In this document: positions 1 to 8,047 of the stretch, piece by piece
Numbering within the stretch: the stretch's first letter is position 1
Layout of the letters: every line of letters begins with the position of its first letter
Notes under the pieces: model-generated
The model's database searches: none
What the model saw: the letters and a program-made list of their open reading frames with translations, nothing else
Told to the model about the DNA's origin: nothing
Made by a program: the position numbers and the translations under genes
NCBI GenBank assembly: GCA_031364845.1
Contig: JANLWX010000229.1
Coordinates: forward strand, 1-29,079
DNA: 29,079 nucleotides
From: Candidatus Eiseniibacteriota bacterium
Lineage (GTDB): Bacteria; Eisenbacteria; RBG-16-71-46
Direction of reading: 5' to 3'

Positions 1-347
1 CTCCAGCTCGTGAACGAGTAGCCGGCGTCGGGTACCGCGGTGACCGTGCTGCCATTGGCGCCGTGGTTGACCGTCTGCGGGCTCGTGCCCGAGATCGAGC
101 CATTGGGCCCGGCCGTGTAGGTCAGCGTGTAGGTGTTGATCGCGAACGTCGCGGTGACGTTGATGTTCGCCATCACATTCATGTCGGTGCGCGACGCCGT
201 CAGCACGCCGTCGCTCCAGCTCACGAAGCTGTATCCGACGTTCGGCACCGCGGTCACGGTCGAACCGTTACCGCCGGAGGCGACCGTCTGCGGGCTCACA
301 CCCGAGATCGAGCCGTTCAGGCCCGCGGTGTAGGTCAGCGTGTAGGT
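1..347 (-). repeat. Tandem 213-nt (71-aa) repeats, InlB-B/Flg_new-like: one full unit (135-347) and one partial unit
   Basis: taggtcagcgtgtaggt occurs at 118 and 331; both units translate as TYTLTYTAG.NGSISG.SPQTV..G.NGSTVTAVP..GYSF.SW. Confidence 0.85.
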
Positions 348-2651
348 CTGCAATTCGCCGATCGCGAAATCGCTGAATCCGCCGACTCCAGTGACCGACG
401 TGCTCGTTGAGGTCGGCGTTCCGGAAACCGTCGCGGTGGTCCAGTTCGGCGAGTCGTACTTGCGAACCGCAAAGTTGGACGGTGTCGCACCACCGTCGAC
501 GTCGCCCGCGGCGTAATTGAACGTCAGGTTGCTCGAGCTGAACGAATTGCTCGGCGCACTGGAAAGCGACCAGTACCGATTGACGCTCTTGTTCCCGTCA
601 ATCCCCGAGGATGCGAGTTGCGGATGCACGCCTGCGGTCGTGTTAGAGGTGATGTCGAAGTTCTGGGCGCCCGAGGTGGTCGAGAAGCTGACCGGCGCGT
701 AAACGCTGGCGTCTCCGACTTCGTAAGTCTGGCTGCCGGCCCCGCCCGAGATGTTCACGCGCTTCTTGAGATTGCCGAAGACGTAGCGCGTGCTGTTGGC
801 ACCCGAGACGGATCCGCTCGGTCCGATTGTCACCAGGTTCGCTCCGGTCGTGACCTTGCCGCTCGTGAGCGCCAGCGTCTGATTGACCGTGATGTCACTG
901 TTGAGCGTGATGCCGCCGGAGTTGTTGATCGTGAGGTAGTCGAACCCGGTCGGCCCGGTGATCGACTTGTTCACGGAACCGGTGAACTCTACCAGGCGCG
1001 AGTTCGGATTCAGCGCCGCGGCGCCGACGCGCGTGAAGTTGCCGCCGATTCGCAGGTCGCCGCCCGGCTGATTGCCGAGCGAGAGGTTGCCCGACATCGA
1101 GAGGTCGCCGCCGACCGTGAGGAGTCCGACGCCGGTGCCCGGGCTGCCGAAGTCCATGTAGAACGCGGAACCCGTATCGATCGTAAGGCCGCCCGTAATG
1201 GTGTGCGTGAAATTGCCGCCGCCATTCGGGTAGTTCAGCGTGGTGCTGTTGCTGAGCTGAACGTTGGACGGCTCACTGGAGCCCGGCGCCCACTCCGCGC
1301 CGCGGCCGTAGGTGCCGCCCGTGTTGTAATTGAGGGTCGAGCTCGGGCCGTAGATGGGCGAGCCGGAGAAGAAGCCGCCGGCGTTGAGCCGGGCGGTGCC
1401 GTTGAGCGTCAGGTTGTTGGCGTTGGTGACGCCGGCGCCGGTCTGGAACAGGCCGGAGACCGTGCGTGCGACGTTCATCGTGATGCCGGCCGGTCCACCC
1501 ATGCCGCCCGAAGGCTTGACCGTCACGTTCGTGGGGCCGCTGGCGGCGGGCCAGTATTTGTCGTTGTTCACTCCGTACGACGCGCTGTTGATGTTGTTGA
1601 AGATCAGCGTTCCGCCGGCATTGTAGACGTAAGTGCCCGTTCCTCCGGGAAAGCCGCCGTCGTTGATCTGGATTCCACCACTCACGGTCAGCGTGCCGTT
1701 GTTGTTGAACGCGCTCGTGGCGTTGACGCCGAGCGTCGAGGTCGCCGCGACCGTCGAACCCGTCGAAGCGATGGTCACGTTGCCGAACACATTCTGAAGG
1801 GTGGTTCCGTTGAAGTTTACGGCCTGGGTCGCTGGGATCGAGAGCGTGACTGCGCTCAAATTCGCAAGCGTTCCGGCGATGTTCATCGCCCCCGTCATCG
1901 TCGACGTGAGAGTGACGCCCGGGTTGATGACGAGATTGCCGCGGATCGTGACCGCGCTGCCGCCCGAAACCGTATAGGTGGCCGCGCCCGCAGTGCGGGT
2001 CAGCGTCAGGCTGCCGTAGTTTCTGGCGGAGAAGCTGGGGCTGGCGCTTGCAACGCCCGGCGTGTCCTGTTCGAAGATTCCGGTCTCAGTCCCCGCCGCC
2101 GTCGAGAGTACCGGAACGACACCACTAGTGCTTCGCAGGGTGTTGTGGACATATCGTCCACCGTTGTTGATGCGAACCGTTCCACTTGCCACGGAATTCG
2201 TCTCGACACCATTTCCACTCGCAGCGCCCGACGAATTCCGCAGCGTCGCGCCATTGTCGAGGATGATGTCGTCGGTCGCGGCAACCGCGTCACCAACGCT
2301 GAGCCCCGGAACAGCAGTATTACCGCTAGGCAGCGTAAGCGTGATTTGGAGCATCAGCCCGACGTTTGGCGTAATCGTGAGCTTGCGCACCGACGTGGTC
2401 ACCGCAGTTGAAGGCAGCGTCACCGTGTACGTCGACGCAACGGTCGAGTTGTCGAGAACGACGTCATCCGCAGCGCCTGGAACGCCCGAGGGCGACCAAT
2501 TGTTCGCATTGCTCCAGCTCGTACCATCACCGCCACCAGTTGTTCCAACCCATGTCTTCGTGACGGCCCATGCGGCGCCGCTTGTTGACGCCAGTAGTAC
2601 GGAAGCCAGAACTGCGGCGAGCCAGAGGGCTGGCTTTCTAGAGAGGTTCAT
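1..2651 (-). CDS. Large secreted Gly/Thr/Asn-rich beta-strand surface protein with divergent InlB-B-type repeats; 3' end lies beyond the left edge of the window
   Basis: Absent from the ORF track because there is no stop codon in the window. Manual translation is open from ATG 2651 (AAGGAG 9 nt upstream; alternative ATG 2660) to base 3: MNLSRKPALWLAAVLASVLLASTSGAAWA (signal peptide)-VTKTWVGTTGGGDGTSWSNANNWSPSGVP...SVNRYWSL...FSDFAIG-TYTLTYTAGLNGSISG...GYSFVSWSDG. Confidence 0.9.
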   Translation of the reverse strand, partial: MNLSRKPALWLAAVLASVLLASTSGAAWAVTKTWVGTTGGGDGTSWSNANNWSPSGVPGAADDVVLDNSTVASTYTVTLPSTAVTTSVRKLTITPNVGLMLQITLTLPSGNTAVPGLSVGDAVAATDDIILDNGATLRNSSGAASGNGVETNSVASGTVRINNGGRYVHNTLRSTSGVVPVLSTAAGTETGIFEQDTPGVASASPSFSARNYGSLTLTRTAGAATYTVSGGSAVTIRGNLVINPGVTLTSTMTGAMNIAGTLANLSAVTLSIPATQAVNFNGTTLQNVFGNVTIASTGSTVAATSTLGVNATSAFNNNGTLTVSGGIQINDGGFPGGTGTYVYNAGGTLIFNNINSASYGVNNDKYWPAASGPTNVTVKPSGGMGGPAGITMNVARTVSGLFQTGAGVTNANNLTLNGTARLNAGGFFSGSPIYGPSSTLNYNTGGTYGRGAEWAPGSSEPSNVQLSNSTTLNYPNGGGNFTHTITGGLTIDTGSAFYMDFGSPGTGVGLLTVGGDLSMSGNLSLGNQPGGDLRIGGNFTRVGAAALNPNSRLVEFTGSVNKSITGPTGFDYLTINNSGGITLNSDITVNQTLALTSGKVTTGANLVTIGPSGSVSGANSTRYVFGNLKKRVNISGGAGSQTYEVGDASVYAPVSFSTTSGAQNFDITSNTTAGVHPQLASSGIDGNKSVNRYWSLSSAPSNSFSSSNLTFNYAAGDVDGGATPSNFAVRKYDSPNWTTATVSGTPTSTSTSVTGVGGFSDFAIGELQTYTLTYTAGLNGSISGVSPQTVASGGNGSTVTAVPNVGYSFVSWSDGVLTASRTDMNVMANINVTATFAINTYTLTYTAGPNGSISGTSPQTVNHGANGSTVTAVPDAGYSFTSW

Positions 2652-2750
2652 CTGGGCCATCTCCTTGCACGACAAGGTGACTGATGTGACGGGAAAGCGG
2701 AGGCGCCGCTCGGCGGAGAGCGCGGCACAGCCGGGGTAAACTACGAAGTG

Positions 2751-2779
2751 ATTATGCGGGGTTGACAGGGCGCGAACAA
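2751..2779 (-). promoter_or_regulatory. Putative sigma70 promoter of the large surface protein gene
   Basis: Minus strand TTGTTC-N17-CATAAT, about 100 nt upstream of the start codon. Confidence 0.5.
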
Positions 2780-2953
2780 GAACCGAGTGGGTGCATCGCC
2801 CCGGAAGATTGGCCGAAGGCCGCGCCGCCCACGTCGTGCCCCCACTCATAGTTTAGTGCTGATCAACTCGCCAGCTCGCGTGAGCTTGATCCCGGGTTGG
2901 GTTGTCTCCTCAGAGACAGGGTGTGTGTCGTCCCAGAAACCTGTCACATGCCT

Positions 2954-4477
2954 TCAGTCATTGCCCTGGCCGATGCGTGGCAATTCGGCGACGGTGACCG
3001 AATTGCGATCCACGAGGATCAATCGGCCGTCCTCGAGGGTCCCGCGTCCGATTGGCAACCGAACGAAGCTCCGCGAGCCGGAATCTCGAGTTTCCGCGAT
3101 GCCGATCACACCACGGACCCCCCCGAACCAGAGGTAACCCCGGGCGTCTCGCACCGCATTCATGCCAACGCCCGTGCCGAGCGGCTGTTCCCACAACCGC
3201 TCGAGGCCGCTCCCGAAAGCGACGAGGCCGCCGGAAGTCCTGACCAAGAGATCGTCTCCGGACGTCGCCATCGCCATGAAGGACCGGTCGGTAGTCCCCG
3301 CAACGACGGAGCGCGTGACGCGCAGGCTGTCGTCGAATTTCACGATCCGCTCCGAACCCGCGACCACGTGGCCCCCGCGAACACGCTGGTAGCCGAACGC
3401 GAATGCGAGGCTGTCGATGCTCACGCGCGCGAGCGTACGACCATCCTCCTTTGAAATGATCGCGAGGGAAGGGGGATCGGTGCGCCACCCATGTTTCGGT
3501 CCTGCCGCGTAACCGCAGCTGATGACGATCAGATTTTCCTGATCATCCTGAAGGATCAGCTGTCCAGGGATCTCTGGCTCTGAAATTCCGAGCCCGCGAT
3601 TGAGAATGTCTCGCCAGGCTTCCCTCCCGATGCGTCGACTCCATATGAGACGGCCGCTCGCGCGTGAAAGGCAGACGATCATCGTGTCCGCTCCGAAGTA
3701 GACCCGATCGCCGTCCACGACGGGATCCGAGGCCAGATGCTCGGCGCGCTCGCGAAATCGTTCCGGGAGTTGGAACATTCCGGGACTGAGTATGGCACGC
3801 GTCGTCGGGATCGAATGGCTCCAAGCTTCCCCGGTTGCGAGGTCGATTGCCGTGATGCCGTTCTCCATGATGAACAGCGTGTCCCCGCTCATCGAAAAGC
3901 TGCCTCGCGAATTCACGACCCGATGCCACAGAATCGAGCCGTCCTCAATGTCGTATCGCGAGAGTTCGTCACCCTCGAGACCGAGCGCCATGTCATGGCG
4001 ATTGATCGTAAGAGTTCCCGGGACCCGGGAGATCACGCGTCCGGTCGCCGTGTCGATCAGATATCCGTGCTTCCCGGTCGAGATCGCCGCACGCTTCTCG
4101 TGGACCCCGGTGATCAACCCCGGATGTTCGATCGTCCATCGCAACTTCCCTGCTCCGAGATCGTAGGCCGTCACACGTTTGCGAATGACCGATTTGGGAT
4201 CCTCGAGCTCGGTGATTCGCGGCCCCGGGTCGGTCGCTTGCCTCGTCGTGACCAGCAGGAGCCGGGAAGCAGAGTCGTAGGAGGCGGATTGGACGGGGAA
4301 CTGAAAGTCGATGCGGCGCGCAGCCCAGGGAGGCTGGCCGTGGTCGGCCGAGAGTTCCAGAGTCGTGTCGCGGACTTCGATCGTGGCCACGGGCGATCCA
4401 ACGACGGCCGGCGCGAAAATGCACATTGCGCCGAGAACACACACCGGCCATAGGGCTGGACTTTTCGAAATTCGCAT
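2954..4477 (-). CDS. Exported PQQ-type (BamB-like) beta-propeller repeat protein
   Basis: Repeated blade motifs AYDLGAGKLRW, IDTATGRVI, YDIEDGSILW, AIDLATGEAW, LSRASGRLIW. Start moved to ATG 4477 (MRISKSPALWPVCVLGAMCIFAPAVVG, signal-like) because the upstream extension in the ORF track is low-complexity. Confidence 0.75.
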   Translation of the reverse strand: MRISKSPALWPVCVLGAMCIFAPAVVGSPVATIEVRDTTLELSADHGQPPWAARRIDFQFPVQSASYDSASRLLLVTTRQATDPGPRITELEDPKSVIRKRVTAYDLGAGKLRWTIEHPGLITGVHEKRAAISTGKHGYLIDTATGRVISRVPGTLTINRHDMALGLEGDELSRYDIEDGSILWHRVVNSRGSFSMSGDTLFIMENGITAIDLATGEAWSHSIPTTRAILSPGMFQLPERFRERAEHLASDPVVDGDRVYFGADTMIVCLSRASGRLIWSRRIGREAWRDILNRGLGISEPEIPGQLILQDDQENLIVISCGYAAGPKHGWRTDPPSLAIISKEDGRTLARVSIDSLAFAFGYQRVRGGHVVAGSERIVKFDDSLRVTRSVVAGTTDRSFMAMATSGDDLLVRTSGGLVAFGSGLERLWEQPLGTGVGMNAVRDARGYLWFGGVRGVIGIAETRDSGSRSFVRLPIGRGTLEDGRLILVDRNSVTVAELPRIGQGND

Positions 4478-4673
4478 GGCGACAGAATGAGGGAGGCAGG
4501 GTCGTCCGGCAAGACCAGCGCGATTGCGACCGCGACTCGAAGCGTGCTGCGAATCGCGATCGCTGTGTGCCGCGCGCCTCAGCGCATGCGGACGAAGCGG
4601 GGCGAGTGCAGGCCCCGAGATGTGCGCAGCGTCTGGTCGGGAGCTTCGGAGGCTGCCCACGGATTTCTGCGCC

Positions 4674-5402
4674 TCAGCGCCAGAGACTCTTCACCTGACC
4701 CCAGGTCTTCGTGTGAGATGGAGTCACTTCGCAGCTCGATGCCACTTGCCAGGTCGTGAATTGCGAGTTCAAGGGACTGTAGATCGTCGGGTCGTTCCCT
4801 TCCTCGATGGACTGGAACAGTTGAATTTCTCTGATGACGATGTCCATACGGGAACAGCAGCCCGAACACGAACCTGCACCCGTGGAGCGGGTTCGATCGA
4901 TCGAGACTTTGATTGCGTAGTATTCGGTGTCGGGATCGAGAGCCTCCCGGTCTTCAGCGGGCAGCGCTGCCTGAAACCGGAACCGGGCTCGATTGGGGGT
5001 TCCGAAACCGATGTCGTACGCGAACGCCGATGCCCCGCGGCCGACGAATACATCAGTGCAGTTGTAGGGGCCATTGACGAAATCCACGCTCGTGGCCAGG
5101 GCGGTTCCGCCCCGGCACTCTGCGGTCCCGAACTTCCACCAGTTCGGAAGCGTCGGTGCCCAACTCATGAAGTCGATCTGGCCCGCAACGCCGCCGAACC
5201 GGTTGATTCCGGACGGCGGTACGAAGGACGCAAACAAGGTGAAGCGCGACCCGCTGTTCGAAGTGCAGGCGAATTCCTTGTTCTGCACGCCGTGGCTTCC
5301 GCAGTCGTCCCAAGAGAGGTTGATGCCGGCGGCAGTAGCGGATGATGAGCACGCCATCAGGCCCAACAACGAAAACAAGGCGACGTGGTAACGAGTCCTC
5401 AT
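4674..5402 (-). CDS. Secreted Cys-rich hypothetical protein with C-terminal TWGxxKxxxR motif
   Basis: GGGAGGGAG upstream of ATG; hydrophobic signal peptide; GINLSWDDC N-terminus; 8 Cys in the mature part; ends VTPSHTKTWGQVKSLWR*. Confidence 0.85.
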   Translation of the reverse strand: MRTRYHVALFSLLGLMACSSSATAAGINLSWDDCGSHGVQNKEFACTSNSGSRFTLFASFVPPSGINRFGGVAGQIDFMSWAPTLPNWWKFGTAECRGGTALATSVDFVNGPYNCTDVFVGRGASAFAYDIGFGTPNRARFRFQAALPAEDREALDPDTEYYAIKVSIDRTRSTGAGSCSGCCSRMDIVIREIQLFQSIEEGNDPTIYSPLNSQFTTWQVASSCEVTPSHTKTWGQVKSLWR

Positions 5403-5531
5403 GCTCCCTCCCGATCTGCGAGCAGTCTCCGCTCCCGAGGTGCGGGCGGAACTCTTGCAGCTGCCCGGGAGTCTAGACCTGGGATGGGGCCGCGGCCATG
5501 AAATAACGAGGAATGCCGCGTGCGGCTGACG

Positions 5532-6803
5532 CTACTCGAACCGCAGCGCCTCGATCGGATCGAGTTGCGAGGCGCGGATGGCGGGCAGCATCCCGAACCC
5601 GACGCCGACGGCGGAGCAGAACAGGAGCCCGATGACCGCCCATTCGAGCGGCACGCGCGGGTCGAACTTGGTGACGATCGCCACGATGTTGCCGAGGCCG
5701 AAGCCCACCACCACTCCGACCAACCCTCCGATATTGCAGAGGATCACGGCTTCGAGCAGGAACTGACTGCGGATACTGGAGGGCGTGGCGCCGAGCGCCT
5801 TGCGCAGGCCAATCTCGCGAGTGCGTTCGGTCACCGCGACCAGCATGATGTTCATGATGCCGATCCCGGCCACGATCAGCGCGATGATGCCGATGACGAA
5901 GCCCGCGATCTTGACCCCGAGGCTCATCTTGTTGAACTCGGTAATCAGGCTCGCGCTGTTGTAGAAGTCGAAGTTGTCCTCCTCGCCCATCTTCACGCCG
6001 CGGACCCGCCGTAGCACCTGCCGGGTCTGCTCGATCGCATCACTCATGAGTTCGGGCGTCTTCGCCCGCACGGTGATGTTGACCGACCGCGAGTTGCCGG
6101 AGCGGTCGGCGAGTCCGTAGGTGTTGACGAACGTCGACACCGGAATCAGCACGTAGTTGTCGAAGCCGCCGCCGAACGCGGACTTCTTCGCGTCGAACAC
6201 ACCGACCACGCGATAGCGGCGCTGGTCGAGGCGGATCTCCCTGCCGATCGGATCGACGAACGGGAACAGTTTCTTCGCGATCGCGTGCCCGATCACCGCG
6301 ACATGAGTCGCGGTCCTCACGTCCATCTGGGACAGGTTGCGGCCGAGTCCGACGAAGTGCGTGTTGTTGGGCGCGTATTCCGGCGTACCGCCGACGATCG
6401 AGACGTTGGGATTGGTCGCTTCACCGTGGTATTCGACGACGAAGCCGAACTCCCAGATCTCCGATCCCACGAGATCGACGCTCGTCACCTGCGCGCGAAT
6501 GGCATCGGCGTTGGCAAGCGTGAGCGGCGGGCGGCGCATCGCCTTGCGCCGCTCGGCCGCCGAGGCGAAGCCGCCGGCCGGCCACTTCTGGACCTGGAAG
6601 GTCTGAGCGCCGAGCACGCTCATCTCCTTCTCGATCGTCGACTGGACCAGCGAGATCGCGGTCATGACGGCGATGATCGAGGCGACACCCGCGACGATCC
6701 CGACCAGCGTGAGCACCGAGCGCAGCTTGTTGCTGAGGATCGAGTCGAGTGACATGAAGAACGTGTCGAGCGGCTGCATGGTTCCGCGGCGCGGCTCACT
6801 CAT
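5532..6803 (-). CDS. ABC transporter permease, MacB/FtsX family (no fused ATPase)
   Basis: NKLRSVLTLVGIVAGVASII, GIGIMNIMLVAVTERTREIGLRKALGA, LDPIEALRFE. Start at ATG 6803 (overlaps the upstream stop) or ATG 6779. Confidence 0.93.
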   Translation of the reverse strand: MSEPRRGTMQPLDTFFMSLDSILSNKLRSVLTLVGIVAGVASIIAVMTAISLVQSTIEKEMSVLGAQTFQVQKWPAGGFASAAERRKAMRRPPLTLANADAIRAQVTSVDLVGSEIWEFGFVVEYHGEATNPNVSIVGGTPEYAPNNTHFVGLGRNLSQMDVRTATHVAVIGHAIAKKLFPFVDPIGREIRLDQRRYRVVGVFDAKKSAFGGGFDNYVLIPVSTFVNTYGLADRSGNSRSVNITVRAKTPELMSDAIEQTRQVLRRVRGVKMGEEDNFDFYNSASLITEFNKMSLGVKIAGFVIGIIALIVAGIGIMNIMLVAVTERTREIGLRKALGATPSSIRSQFLLEAVILCNIGGLVGVVVGFGLGNIVAIVTKFDPRVPLEWAVIGLLFCSAVGVGFGMLPAIRASQLDPIEALRFE

Positions 6804-8034
6804 AGCGCAATGCCTCGATCGGATCGAGCCGCGCGCCGCGGTACGCGGGCGCCACTCCCGCGGCAACGCCGACCAGGATCGATACCGCGACCGCGATGAC
6901 GAGGATGGGCAGCGACACGCTGGCCGGCATCAGGGTCGCGTTGATCACCGCGGTCAGCAGCGCTGCGAGCACGATGCCCACCACGCCGCCGAGCAGGCAG
7001 ATGGCGGACGATTCGAACAGGAACTGCAGCAGGATGCTGCGCCGCGTCGCACCGATCGCCTTGCGGATCCCGATCTCGCGCGTGCGTTCGGTGACCGACA
7101 CGAACATGATGTTCATCACGCCGACCGCGCCAACGAAGAGTGAAACGCTGGTCACCAGCAAGCCCACGAGCAGCACCACGCCCATCACGTTGTTGAACGT
7201 GCCGACCAGCGTGTCGAGTTTGTTGATCGAGAAGTTGTCGGGGGCCGCAGGGCGCAGGTGGCGGATCTTGCGCATCTCGCCGATCACGGCGTACTCGAGA
7301 TCGCCCATCTCTTCCTGGCTCGGGGCCTTGATCGCGACGTTCACGTTCTCGCGGCCGCCGTTTCCGGAGAACGCCTTCACGTAGGTCGTGATCGGGACGA
7401 AGATCTGGCGGTCGAAGTTCGGACCGCCGAGAAAGCTCCCGCCCTGCTTCTCCATGACGCCGATCACCCGGAACATGCTGCGGTCGATCTTGATGGTCTT
7501 GTTGATGGGGTCGGTGCCCTGGAACAGACCGTCGCGGATCGCACTGCCGATCACGCACACGTTCTTCTTGTAGGTGACATCGTAGGGTTGCAGGAAGCGT
7601 CCGGTCTGCGGCTGGGCGCTCGAGATCAGCGTCTGCTTGTCGGTGGTGCCGATGATGGCGACGCCTTCGGTGGTCTCCGAGCGATACTTCACGTCGCGCT
7701 GGCCGTTCACGGTGGGGATCGCCATCGCCTTTCCGCGCAGCCGCAATTCGAGCGCGCGCGCCTCGCGCATGTCGATCATCGGGCGGTTGCGGAACACGAA
7801 GAAGTCGTCCATCACGACCCACGGCATGCGCGATACGTAGATCACGTCGCTGCCGACCGCGGAAAAGCTCTCGCGGAACTTGTTCTGAAGTCCGTTGACC
7901 GCGGTCATCGTGGTCACGACCGCGACGATGCCGATGATGATTCCGAGCGTCGTGAGCGCGCCGCGCGCCTTGTTGGCGCGCAACGCGCGGAGTGCGATCT
8001 GGAGAGATTCCTGGACGCTGAGCGATGCCTTCAT
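6796..8034 (-). CDS. ABC transporter permease, MacB/FtsX family (no fused ATPase)
   Basis: ANKARGALTTLGIIIGI, VGVMNIMFVSVTERTREIGIRKAIGA, LDPIEALRYE. Confidence 0.93.
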   Translation of the reverse strand: MKASLSVQESLQIALRALRANKARGALTTLGIIIGIVAVVTTMTAVNGLQNKFRESFSAVGSDVIYVSRMPWVVMDDFFVFRNRPMIDMREARALELRLRGKAMAIPTVNGQRDVKYRSETTEGVAIIGTTDKQTLISSAQPQTGRFLQPYDVTYKKNVCVIGSAIRDGLFQGTDPINKTIKIDRSMFRVIGVMEKQGGSFLGGPNFDRQIFVPITTYVKAFSGNGGRENVNVAIKAPSQEEMGDLEYAVIGEMRKIRHLRPAAPDNFSINKLDTLVGTFNNVMGVVLLVGLLVTSVSLFVGAVGVMNIMFVSVTERTREIGIRKAIGATRRSILLQFLFESSAICLLGGVVGIVLAALLTAVINATLMPASVSLPILVIAVAVSILVGVAAGVAPAYRGARLDPIEALRYE

Positions 8035-8047
8035 CGGCGCCGGACCC

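Noticed and set aside
618..2411. 597-aa plus-strand ORF (and 2062-2739)
   Set aside because: Antisense shadow of the minus-strand surface protein; Arg/Ala-rich with no motifs, typical of high-GC DNA
2762..2767. Perfect TTGACA on the plus strand
   Set aside because: No -10 box at 16-18 nt spacing and no credible plus-strand gene downstream
4478..4660. N-terminal extension of the beta-propeller ORF in the track
   Set aside because: Low-complexity sequence preceding a signal-peptide-like start at 4477
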